The position numbers and the translations under genes are program-made. A stretch of DNA of 64,000 bases from NCBI GenBank assembly GCA_030704615.1, contig CM060731.1, positions 26,350,001 through 26,414,000 on the forward strand. Direction: 5' to 3'. The notes under the pieces were generated by a model. That model ran no database searches. It was not told the DNA's origin and was given only the letters and a program-made list of their open reading frames with translations. This DNA comes from Takakia lepidozioides (taxonomy: Eukaryota; Plantae; Bryophyta). Each line of letters opens with the position of its first letter. Position 1 is the first letter of the stretch. Shown here piece after piece: positions 13,288 to 25,500 of the stretch.

Positions 13288-14049
13288 CAGCGTGCCGGGC
13301 TCGTCATCACTCTGTCATTCCCAAAAATCGTGAAAACCAACATCGGTGCAAAAACCAGCATCGCAACGAGCAGCGCAACCACCATAGCAACAATCATGTA
13401 ACAAAAATGAAAACATAACAAGTTTAGGAGAGTATGGAGAGCCATGCAACAACAATGAAAACAAATGCAACCATTGCCTGAGAATGACATGCACAAGCAG
13501 CCTTCTCCAGAGCTGCCGGATTTGCATACGCATTGCAAACAATCTAAGGTTCACTCAACTGTCTAAAGTTCACTCATCCAGCGAAGCCAGGATGGAGATG
13601 CAAAAACAAAGCGAGGCAACAAAGCGAAAGCAAAAAAGAAATCGAACAAAGCGAAAGCAAAAGTGGCTTGCCTAAGAGTACTCGGCTTCAGTTGGCGCGG
13701 GTTGTGAGCAAGACACTGGAATCTCCTTCTAGAGCTTCAGTTTGGCCATGCGAGAGATTGGCCGTCGTCCGTAGTACAGAGCTTTCAACTTCCGCCGCGG
13801 TGTGGATGTGAGGTCTCTCTCAGGAGAGCCACGCCCTTCAGGCGGCATAAGTCCCAGCCAAAATGGAAAAAGATCTCCGTTTTTGGGGTATATGCCTCGA
13901 ATAGCATGTTAAGCCAAGACTAGCATGAGATTTAGGGTACGTATCCAGGAAGCCATGTGTCGCCAGCCCGAATGAAAACCGACGGCGGTGGACATTTATT
14001 GCCCAACTGCGCAATTAAATGTCGGATGAAGCCCTCCATGTCGGATGAA

Positions 14050-16350
14050 AATCGACGGAAAGAGGCCCGGAATTTCCAACGTAGAGGTAATTCGGAGCGC
14101 TGCAGGATGGAATTCCGGCGCCGGATTTCCATCCTGCAGGTAATTCGGAGCGCAGCAGGATGGAAATTCAGCGCCGAATTTCCATCCAGCAAGGTAGGGC
14201 GGCGTGCGAAATTTCCCTTACGCAGGTAATTCAGAAGCGGATGGATGGAAATCCGGCGCCGGATTTCCATCCGCGCAGGTAGGGCAGCGCGCGAAATTTC
14301 CCTCAAGCAGGTAATTCGGAGGCGGATGGATGGAAATCCGGCGCCGAATTTCCATCCAGCAGGTAAGTGGAATCCCGGATGGATGCAAATCCGGCGCCGA
14401 ATTTCCATCCTGCAGGTAATTCGACTCCTGGATGGATGGAAATCCGGCGTCGAATTTCCATCCAGCAGGTAAGTGGAATCCCGGATGGATGGAAATCCGG
14501 CGCCGAATTTCCATCCTGAAGGTAATTCGACTCCCGGATGGATGGAAAATCTGGCGCCAAATTTCCATCCAGCAGGGAAGTCGGATCGCTGGCGTATGGA
14601 TATTCGGCGCCGAATTTCCATTCGCCAGGTATTTTCGAAGCGCTGAATTACCTTCCTACAGGTAATTCTGAGCGTGTCGGATTGATTTTTCGGAGAAAAA
14701 CAAACCTAACTGTTTGTTTTGTGGCTGAAGTGCACTTGTAGACACGTTTTTCTTGGAATCCTTGACTGCTAGAGGCCAATCGGAACAGCCTCGGACGTAA
14801 ATTTGGCGCCGTTTTTCCATTCTGGGAGGTTTCTGCGACTTCCTTTGAGGGGGCCCCGATGGGAATTCGGCGCCGAATTTCCATCCGGGGGATGGTCTCT
14901 GTCGGAGAGGTGCCGGCCTCTCCGCCGCTCTGTTGGATATTCGGTGCCGAATTTCCGTCCGGGGGTTGAAATATGACGGCCAGGTGCCGGCCTCTCCCCC
15001 CTCCCCGACTACATTGGAACGGGCCCGGATGGAAATTCGGCGCCGTTTTTCCATCTGGGGAGGTTTTTACGACTTCCTTTGAGGGGGCCCTGATGGAAAT
15101 TCGGCGCCGAATTTCCATCCGGGGGATGGTCTCTGTCGGAGAGGTGCCGGCCTCTCCGCCGCTCTGTTGGATATTCGGTGCCGAATTTCCGTCCGGGGGT
15201 TGAAATATGACGGCCAGGTGCCGGCCTCTCCCCCCTCCCCGACTGCATTGGAACGGCCCCGGATTGAAATTCGGCGCCGTTTTTTCCATCTGGTCCGGTT
15301 TTTATGTCGGCCAGTTTTCGGTCTGACCCCCCGACACGACTTCCTTTGGGGGGGGGCGGATGGAAATTCGGCGCCGAATCTCCATCCAGGGGATGCTCTC
15401 TGTCGAACACGTGCCGGCCTCTACGCCCGAGGCGACTTCATCCGGGCGTCCCCTGTTGGATATTCGGTGCCGAATTTCCGTCCGGAGGTTGAAATGTGAC
15501 GGCCAGGTGCCGGCCTCTCCCCCCTCCCCGACTGCATTGGAACGGCCCCGGATTGAAATTCGGCGCCGTTTTTTCCATCTGGTCCGGTTTTTATGTCGAC
15601 CAGTTTTTGGTCTGACCCCCGACACGACTTCCTTTGGGGGGCCCGGATGGAAATTCGGCGCCGAATCTCCATCCAGGGGATGCTCTCTGTCGAACACGTG
15701 CCGGCCTCTACGCCCGAGGCGACTTCATCCGGGCGTCCCCTGTTGGATATTCGGTGCCGAATTTCCGTCCGGGGGTTGAAATGTGACGGCCAGGTGCCGG
15801 CCTCTCCCCCCTCCCCGACTGCATCCGAACCGCCCCGGATGGAAATTCGGCGCCGTTTTTCCATCTGGGGATGTTTTTATGTCGGCCAGTTTTCGGCCTG
15901 ACCCCCCGACACGACTTCCTTTGGGGGGGCCCGGATGGAAATTCGGCGCCGAATCTCCATCCAGGGGATGTTCTCTGTCGCACACGCGCCGGCCTCTACG
16001 CCCGAGGCGACTTCATCCGGGCTTCCCCTGTTGTATATTTGGTGCCGAATTTCCGTCCGGGGGTTGTAATGTGAGGGCCAGATGGCGGCCTTTCCCCCGA
16101 GCCGACTGCATCCGAAAGGCCTCGGATGGAAATTCGGCGCCGTTTTTCCATCCGCGTAGGTTTTTATGTCGGCCAGTTTTCGGCCTGACCCCCCGACAGG
16201 ACTTCCTTTGGGGGGATCCGAATGGAAATTCGGCGCTGAATTTCCGTTCGGGGGATGTTCTCTGTCGGACAGGTGCCGGCATCTCTGCCCCAGACGACTT
16301 CATCCGTGCGGCCCCTGTTGGATATTGGGTGCCGAATTTTCATTCGAGGG
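14050..16350. repeat. Intergenic arrays of element B built on the palindrome GGAAATTCGGCGCCGAATTTCC (short units, then about 234-bp and 288-bp units)
   Basis: Dozens of copies and variants (GGCGCC/GGTGCC core) between the two divergent genes; more at about 20395-20680. Confidence 0.93.
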
Positions 16351-16647
16351 TAGTAATGTGACGGCATGGTGCCGGCTTCTCCCCTTCAGCCGTCATCATC
16401 CGGACGGCCCCCCACTTTCTGACTGCATACCGTTGGCAGTTATTGCGCAAAGACCAGGGGCCGCATTCCGGAGACAAGGTTCATTAACACTCTGACTGTG
16501 GATTTTTGAGATAGTTGGCTCACTGGATTTGGATCAGGCTTCGTCGCTCGGACAAATCGGCACCGCATTCCTTCCCATCGCTGCATCCCCCTTCTACCAG
16601 GGAGCTTCCCCGCACGCCATCCTGGCAGTCTTGTGTGCACATCTCCC

Positions 16648-19600
16648 ATGGCGGAAAACCCGAGCGCTACAGTGTACTGCCCTCCTCACGAGCATAGAGC
16701 TTCATTTCCGTGCAGAGGTGAGATCTGCCGGGTGATGGAGAAATATTTGTGCGTTCGATACCACCTGAAACCGGGGTCGGTTTTTTTGGAGGAAAGGAAG
16801 GACTCAAACGGCCTTGTTGTCGAGAGTATTGTTGTGCTCCACGATGATTTCGGCGATGGCAGGGAATGGCGAGTTCCACCATTGGACAACGTCATATACA
16901 GGGCTGTTGGGGACTTCATTTTCCCGCCAAATGCACCTTCTATCCTGGCGCCTTCCACGAAACAATCCGCGAATCAGAGAGTGGCTACCTCAAAGAGAGA
17001 AGTCCGCAACGAAGTAAATCCAGAGCCGAACCCATCCATGAAGACGAGCGAGAACCGGGTTGTTCACAACCTGTCCGACTCAGACGAGGTCATGGAAGTT
17101 CCGAGGTCGTCCTGGAGATCAGGCAAGTCCTCAATGGACGTCAGTGGAGGAGGGAGTTATATTCCCAGCACGAACACCGCAGTTCGATCTATTCTTGAAA
17201 TTCTGCGAGGGCTTCACCTGGAGGGACACCGGTTGGAGCTGGCCGGGCTGGACTATAGCAAGTTCGCAATTAAATCGGTTACATGCCTTCCCGCCGACGT
17301 CGACGGTAATATCTTCTTTGAGTTCCCTCCTCGGGCGGACTACTCGAGGGCGTCCGGAATGTTGACAGATATGGATAGAAAACATGACGGTCATCCTTGG
17401 TGCGTTACCAAAACCACCAGCATGAAGATGCTCGATGGTGTGCGGGTGCGCTACGTTGTTTGTGCGGGCGCGTTGCGGTGTTTCTCCCCAACTTGCTTCC
17501 ACTTTAAATCCAGAGGTCACAGGAACGAGACCGATTGGACAGGCACAGCTCATCAACCATTTCGAGCTCAGGAGAAGGTTCCGAACTCCACATTTAAGTG
17601 TGCGCATTGCAAAGAACCACCACACTGCATGTCTATTTGTAATGCCAAGCAGTTCTATGTGTTGCACCGTTTCCCTGACCTCACCCGAGCTTGCATACAC
17701 GTTGGTTCCCATTGTCACAAATTGGCGAGGGGGAACTCGCGGGAGGCTGCCCACGAGGCAGAGCAGCTTGTTCAGGAGGAGGTTAAGTTGAGACCGGGTG
17801 CCAAACCCAAACAGATACAGCTCCAAGCCGCCCATAAGATGGCATTGGCCAGAATTATGTCGGAAGACGGCTCCAATAGAGTTCCTCTCGACGAGAAGGA
17901 AATGGAGGCATTGCTGGAGTCGGTGTCCCACGTATGTTCACCGAATGTCCGAAACCACATTGTCTCATGTAAACAGAAAATTGGGCGTGGCTCGGATATG
18001 CACTCCATTCTGGAGGTGAAGCGACGACGTGGATATGATTACATTCATGGAAGTAGGTTTCCAGGACAAGGGACTGAGGCAGATCGTTGTTTCGTATTCA
18101 AAATGTCCACGTGTGGACCTGGCAGCGGCGTCGAACTGGTCGATAGGATGACGAGTGGGGACTTGTCAAACAGTTGGGTCATGTTCGACCATATTAAGCG
18201 AATTACAAATCAGCACTGGGTGACAATGGGTGCACATGTCTACGACACCCACTGCAGGATGCTAATGACAATTGCTATTTGTGAGATGAAAGGAGAGGAC
18301 ACACAATCGGAGATGCTTCTTTGGCAGGGAATAAACGAACAGATGGCCAAGGTGGGATTGCCCCCTCCCAATTTCCGTGGTTTCATGGCGGACAACGCAC
18401 AAGCAAATTGGGCTGCCATCCGAAGGGTGTACGGGCAAGACCCCAATGTTCCCATGGAAGGCAAGGAGAGATCTTGTGGGTTCCATTTTCTGCAGAGCCT
18501 TTCGCAGTACACAACCAGGCTCGTGGCGCCTGATTTCAGAGAGGAGCACCGTCCCATGTGCCTTGCGTGGAAGCGCGCTCCCACCTTGGATGATGCAGAG
18601 ACACAGTTTGCATGTATACGGGCTTGGTGGACATCGTCAGGTGCTGTAAGGAAATCAGACGAGGGAGCAATGGTCAGTTGGCTAGCATGGTGGCATTATC
18701 GTTTCCTCCAGTTCGGCGACTATATGCGGGAGGTGAGTTGCACGAATTCGCGTCCCGTTGAATATTATTCTTGACCATATTTGTAACTTGCTTGTAACCT
18801 CAACATGTGCTTGTGCAGGAAATGTGGCTCGACTCCGACACCGACATGCCCACGACAAACATGGCCAAATCAGTGCACTCTTCCTGGCGTGCCTCCTCTG
18901 CGGCGCATCTGGTGGACATCCTCACTGCCACAACGGAGGACATTGTGAGGTCAATTATGCAGCAATGCAGGTACAACGAGTTCTTGAAAGGGAAATAGTG
19001 GGGCTTGGGGCTGGACATGCAGGAAATGCTGATGCGGACTGCCTCGAGATCGAAGAATCCTCGGAAGTGGGTGGCGGCCTTGCGAGAGGGCCTTCGGGAC
19101 ACGCCATTGCTGCGAAGAGGCCAACATTTAGAATGAGATGTTCATTCCCGTCCAGTGAGACGAAGACTTGACGAGGCACCTGGCGGAGAAGAGGATTCAT
19201 GGCGAGCTGACAAGAATATTCGCACGCTCCCTCGTGGTCCGGTGATGTTGCCCGAGGAGGTCTCGTCGAGCACCGGAAGTCCTACACGTTCAAGATCGCC
19301 ATCTCCTTTGAGCACAGGGCGCGTGCCCCGGCAACATAACGAGCCATCTGTAGTAAAGCAGTACAACATTCCCATTGTGGAGACAAGAGTGTCGGAGTCA
19401 CAGTGGAGAATTGCGAGGACATTGCCGGCATTTCGAGGGAAGTGCTGCGCCATCCGGGTGGATACGAGAGCACGCTGTGGTGAGATGATTTGGAGGAACC
19501 CACACGGTGCTGCACGTGCACCTTGTTTCAGCGGCAGATTTTTGACTCCCACATTTGCTCACGCCACAACGCAGACATTTTGGTTCTGTAGGCACGACAT

Positions 19601-20237
19601 AATGACCTGTGTATTTGGCAAGCCCAAGTACGGGATTCAGGGAATGCCGGAGCCTCCGGGCGTCTGGCCTGTTGCACCGGGTTGCAGCCTCTCTCAGAAT
19701 GAGGCGGATGCTCTATCTGCAGCAAGATTTCGAATGGTGCAACGCACAGACATCCCGGCCCACGCATTTCCGGTTCCTCAGACCCAGCCATTGCAGACTG
19801 CTCGGTCCAGTAAAGACGGATTGGACAATTCTGCACATCCCACAATGCGATTCGGAAGAGTGAAGAGACGACACCCTCCCAACAAGTTGAATGAGACTCG
19901 GATTGCCAATGCTCTTGGGATGGCTTGCACTATTCAGAGCTCCGTGGACGTACCCCCACCCGGCCTTGGGCGTGTGTATCGGATGGCAACGGCCGGCTCG
20001 GCTGTACGCGACGATGTATACACAATTACGATTGGAGTGGAGCCGACTTGCAATTGTACGGACTTCTCGTTGATGGAAGCAAAGAAGGGTTCGAAGTATT
20101 ATCCGTGCAAGCATCTGTATTACATTTACCTGAAGAGATTGAGGATGAACGTGACTGTTGATGACTTTATTCATGCACCGGCGTTGAGCGTGAATGAGCT
20201 GCACAAACTCCTCCTTAGGGATTCCAGAAATCATTGA
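16648..20237 (+). pseudogene. Element B transposase (GCM-like Zn domain, MULE DDE, Cys-rich domain, SWIM finger)
   Basis: HDGHPWC…VCAGALRC…C…CAHC…RACIHVGSHCH; MFDHIKRI; FMADNAQAN; SCGFH; intron 18733-18818; TNMAKSVH (catalytic E>K); stop at 18996-98 and a frameshift; SWIM CNCTDF…CKHLYY. Confidence 0.88.
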
Positions 20238-20922
20238 TGGGGCAAAGGGAATCCTCCATATGGATATTTTCAATTGCATTTTGCTGTATCAGATTTTTTT
20301 TTGCAGTGTAATGAAATGCACCCCAAAACTCCTGGAATGAGGCAATATTCCATTCAAACTGAGATCCAACAGAAGCAGTTGTGGGGCCATTTCTGGAAAA
20401 ATGGCGCCGAATTTCTCTTTTTGGGGCCGAAAACTGGCTAAGTCCCAACATGCACTGGTACCTGTGTCTGGGAAAATGGCGCCGAATTTCTCTGTTTTGG
20501 GCCGAAAACTGGCTAAGTCCGAACATGCACTGGAAAAATGGCGCTGAATTACCTGTCATGAGGGGACCTATAGCCGCGGAATTCGGCACCATTTTTCGCC
20601 AGAGAGACCTATTACCGCGAAATACGTCGTCGTTTTTTCAGGTTACGGACCCTATTACCGCGAAATTCGGTGCCATATTTGCACATGTCGCTGGGAATTG
20701 GCATGAGCGGAAGACGAAATATCATGAGCACAACTGTCAAAACTGCAATTTTCCCTTCAAGGGGCCGAATAATATATTTGTTTTTCCTGACACATTGCAT
20801 TAAATTACTGTTTTTTATTGTTTTTTATTTTCAAAATTTGTACTTCTGCTCATGAAAACCGATTGTCTTACTAGTCCGCTCATGCCGCTCATGCCGCTCA
20901 TGCTCATGAAATAGCAAACCTC

Positions 20923-21848
20923 CATAGCGCCAGGCAGGTTGGTACTAGTTTGCAGAATTGGCAAACGAAAGTGGTTTCCGCTGGAGGAGCAGTCCCAGGC
21001 TTAAATGGATTTTCCGCGAGACCCTCCCACTCGCTTTGATTGTGAACCCCAGACTGAAGAAAGTGTCCGCAATTCAAATTATCACACCTAAGGTGTCCAT
21101 TGCAAACTGTTCTCCTGAAAACAAGCTTGTCCTCATTTTGAATATTGGATGTTTTTGTTCTGCACCATGGGTGCCCGTCGTGTTTCTTGTCCATTCCGTG
21201 CATCATGCTTGTTATACCTCCAATTCGCGGAGGAGGAGGCAGCTCGAATAGGATATCCCCATCAAAAGTCTCTGGCAGGAACTTCGCAGGCACCTGCTTC
21301 AAAGCTTCCCAATCAATTCCCCGCAACTCACTTTTGAAACCTGCCATTCCTCCCATCGCCCGTAGTTTTGGAATGACACTACAAATGTCTTCTTCATCCG
21401 CTTCCACAACTACAGTACAAAGGACTGGAGTTGGAATTTCACTAATGTCATCATCGGACGAATCCGAAAGCTCAACGATTGGAGTTGAGCACGTTTCTTC
21501 TTTTTTCACCACCACCTCCCTTTTGTCTTCAACGACTGAAGCAGCAGTCTCGGGCGTCACATATGATCCAAAGGACTTTCTCCAAGGCTCTCCAAGTACT
21601 TTGTATCTACCAGGGCGCACTCTCCACTGGCTCACATGAGCCGTCACATCACGATTTCGAAAAGAGTATTTCAACAACTTCCCGTCGAAATCGTACACCT
21701 CTTTCTCCAAGAAGATGGACCCATTCAAAAGTTCAAACCGGGTAGCCAAGACATGTTCCGTCACAATCGCGAATCCATTGTCAAGTGCTTCTTTGGAGAA
21801 AGGCACTGGTTTGTCGTCAGAATAAAACTCTGCTTCGGAGGAAGCCAT
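20923..21848 (-). pseudogene. Element A transposase, 5' part (N-terminus and GCM-like domain)
   Basis: DNGFAIV…KEVYD…FDGDILFELPP…HDGHPWCRTKTSNI…CNGHLRCDNLNC…CQFCK; colinear with C's ORF 40464-41810. Confidence 0.88.
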
Positions 21849-22559
21849 GTTACGTCCCCGAGCGGGGGGTTCTCTTTCCTCAGCTGCTCCTTTGCGAAAT
21901 CAGATGATTCAGCTATGCAACACACTGGTTGCACATGAAATGAGGCGGAAGCACCCGTTCCTTGAAGATTGTGCATATTATGATATTCCATCTAATCAAT
22001 GTGGGACGGTTCCTGACAAGTCACCGTCAAATTAACGTATGTGGGGGTCTCCCCAAAACAATAAAAACCCACCGACTTCCTTGAAGACAGCTTGAGGATC
22101 CCATGTAGGGATGATGGAAGAGAATTGAAGTAATTAGTTCATTGGCAGGCCATAACTATATCCAGTATGTCTGATCATGTGGATGGTTTCAAGATCATGC
22201 AATCCCTGGGCCCAGAACTCTCCACGTACGCATATTCCGTTAAATCCTAAGTAGGCCTCATGGCAAGTACTTCGAGAATTCTCATCCATGACATCCAACG
22301 GTGATATTAATGAAGCCGTCACAAAAAAAACACATGTCAAATTTATGTTTGCACACGCCAAGAACCCAAAACAACCGCGCAAAGGAACAGCTGTCCCAAA
22401 TAGGTTAGGCTATTTTCACTGTCACGTACGTTCAAGTATTGGACACGCAAGAGGGAATCGAACGGTTCCAGGGACACTTCCAAAACAAAGGGACCCCGGA
22501 AGAAAGCGAGTCTGTTCATCATTCTTGTTTCTTAGAGGAAGAGAGGAAGTCAAGCTGGA

Positions 22560-25500
22560 GAGGGTTCCTTGTTCGGTTCGGAAGAGGAGGAAATCATTGT
22601 ATTTTACATCGGTTAGAGAGAGGCTGAGATCAAGAGAGCAAATGACGAGGCGTCGCATGCAAGATGGTGCAGCGCTTAGGCAGCATGTGAACTTGGAGAT
22701 AGATCAAGCAGAAGAGCATGTAGGAAGTGAGAGTGAGGTCGCCGCATTCGCAGCGACGGCTGGAGCACTGAGCGTAGGTAACCAAACAGTGCCAGCCGAG
22801 TTCATGCACGAAGACAACACAATAGAAGGAGGAGCAGTGGACGCCATACCGAGAGGAAGTCAGCAAACCCTACATCAGACAAAAATGGTGATCATTCAAT
22901 ATCCGCATAATACTGTTATCATTAGTCTTGATGTTTTCCATTCCATGTGGGATCAATACATTGTTTTTTCTTATGTTCAGACCGATGAAAAAGGGAAGAG
23001 GAAAGCTGTAGAGGGGACCCGAACGATGCAGCCACGAAGCCGAAGAAGGCGAAGGGATCCGTAAGTTCTCTCAAACGCACTTCTCCCTCTTTACTGATAG
23101 TCCCCCAATGTGAGAAAAGCGATGATCGGTGGCGATCATCGCGTTACAGAAGAATGTAGTTGGTGTCTTATTTCAGCAGATTCAGGAAGTCAGGCAGGCA
23201 GGAAAGAATATGTATAAAGGCGAAAGTGATGATCGGTGCCGACCATCACCTTTGCCATTGCTTTATTTAAGCAAAGAATGCGATGTTCATTGTGATTCAA
23301 GAGTGACAGGGAACTAAAGACGCATCTTGCAATGACGTCGAAGCGATGATCGGTAACGATCATCGCTTTGAGGTCCATTCCCTTCTTGTTCAGAACAGTT
23401 TAGAAATGGCGTGGTCGTTTAGGAAAGTGATGATCGGTACCGACCATCACATTCAACTCCCATTGTTTGTGCATCCCTTGGCACTTAAATAGTGATGGTC
23501 GGTACCGATCATCACTTTCCGCAATGACTGCATGTTAACCCAAAATCATTTCTCGCATTGGAAGCCTTTGTACAATGAAATTCTTTAGGTGGAGAAATGT
23601 CCATTCAACTTCATATTTGGAATTGGAGAAATAGAAAAGTGATGGTCGGTGTCGACCATCGCCTACAAGTCCATTTCTATGCTCTATATCTCATACAATG
23701 AAATTGCAGAATTCTGTTGTGAAGTGATGATCGGTGCCGACCATCACATCCAGACCTCAGGGGTTGTGCTTCCCAAGGCAGTCTGATTGTGATGATCGGT
23801 ACTGACCATCACTGTTTGAACGGTTTGGCAATACACCAGAATCCATAAAAGGAGACCAAGTTCAGTGGGTGAAAGAAGGGATTCTGACTAAGAGTGATGA
23901 TCGGTGCCGACCATCACACTCAGACGTCATGGGGTTTGCTTCCTAATGCAATCTGATTGTGATGATCGGTACCGATCATCACTTTTTGAACAGATTGGCA
24001 ATGCACCACAATCCAAGAGAGGACACCAAGTTCAATGTGTGATAGAGGGGATTCTGACTTATAGTGATGATCGGTGCCGACCATCACATTTAGACCTCAT
24101 GGGTTGTGCTTCCCAAGGCAGTCTAATTGTGATGATCGGTACCGACCATCACTTTTTGAACAGATTGGCAATGCACCAGAATCCAAAAGAGGACATCAAG
24201 TTCAATGAGTGATAGAATGGGTTCTGACTTCTAGTGATGATCGGTGCCGACCATCACATTTACACCTCGTGGGTGTTTGCATCCCAATGCTGTCTTGTGG
24301 TGATGTGCTGTACCGACCATCGCTTGCATCATCCTGATGGTCGGCACCGATCATCGCAGTCTAGTGAGAACGGAGTCAAGGTGCATTGGGAAACCAAGTA
24401 GGATTTCCATTCATTTGTTAGAAGACAAAGTGATGGTCGGTGTCGATCGTCACTGTGTTAAAATGTCTGTTTTCCTGAACACCAGTTGAATGTTGCTGTT
24501 GTGGCGGTTTTGGGTATGCAGAAGAATGTAAAGTCCAAGCAGGCAGAAACAGATGCAAAGGGCTCTGGAGAAGGGGACGACTCCACAAAAAGTTCTGAGA
24601 ACAGCGAAGACACTGACGAGCTTGAATTGCACTACCTTGACAAGGTGAAACAACTTATGTCATATCAAAAGGTAAATTCCCAGGAGGTTATTAGGGACAT
24701 GATCGTCTGTGGAGGACGTCTTGAAATCCCTCTCTGTCGGATGATCTCCATGCCTGTTGTTCGTCCTCCACTTTCGCATGACATTACCAAGTTGGAAACA
24801 GATTTCGTGCACGGGTATAGAATGGGTGCACAAGTTTTTTTACGTCTCACTAAATGATACAAATGGTCACAGCACAAAAGTGAGCCCAGAGATTACGGAC
24901 AACTGGGATGATTGCTAGAAGGATGTGAATGACGAGTTCGAAGACTCTCTGCTGCTTGGACATAACACCCAGCAGTTCTGCAACCACATGTTCTATGTCT
25001 GGGACGGGAACCATCGCTTGCTAGCTTGGATGGGGTACATTGCGAAACACCATTCAAAAGACAAGGACGAGCATTGTGTTGTGGAGGCAACGGTTCAGGA
25101 TCCTGGGAATGACATCGCCAGACTTTTGACAGCTATGCATGACGTGAACAAGTAGGACTTCCTCAGAAACCCATAGCCTTTCAAATTGCATGTTGTGCGC
25201 ATTTCAAGTCCAAACGTTAAATATTTCTTACGTATGCAATGTGTATTCCCTGTTTGCAGATCGACAGAGAAATCACATGTTACTACGAGCCTGATCCACA
25301 CACTATTCCGCATTCAGAGAATTGGTTTGATGAAGCTTGATGAGTTCCGCACAGTGCTACATCCTGATGTCATCAAGAAGTGCGAAACAAGAAGATCTGC
25401 AGGGACCTGGTACTCGTTGACCCGAGATGCATTTTTGGAGTACATGTATGCGGTATGGCCCAAACCACTTCTTCCTATGTTATTACATACAAATTTGCAA

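Larger units (their letters stand above)
7329..20922 (+). mobile_element. Element B: full-length (13.6 kb) Mutator-like transposon with ParB-MTase cargo
   Basis: TIRs GGGGGCTGCTATTTCATGAGCGGCATGAGC (7329 onward) and GAGGTTTGCTATTTCATGAGCATGAGCGG (reverse complement from 20922). 8-bp TSD CACAGCGC (7321-28) / CATAGCGC (20923-30). Removing B plus one TSD restores A's frame (CKLVPTCLALCGARMYY). Confidence 0.93.

Noticed and set aside
13932-16495. Many ORFs with MEIRRRISI / WKFGAEFPS repeats
   Set aside because: They are translations of GC-rich palindromic tandem repeats, open on both strands and in several frames; no coding signal.
23115-24460. CRISPR-like palindromic repeats with spacers (also 14050-16350, 32100-33920, 61668-62232)
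   Set aside because: The spacers are homologous to each other (tandem duplication), there are no cas genes, and the arrays lie in introns or intergenic DNA of eukaryotic transposons.
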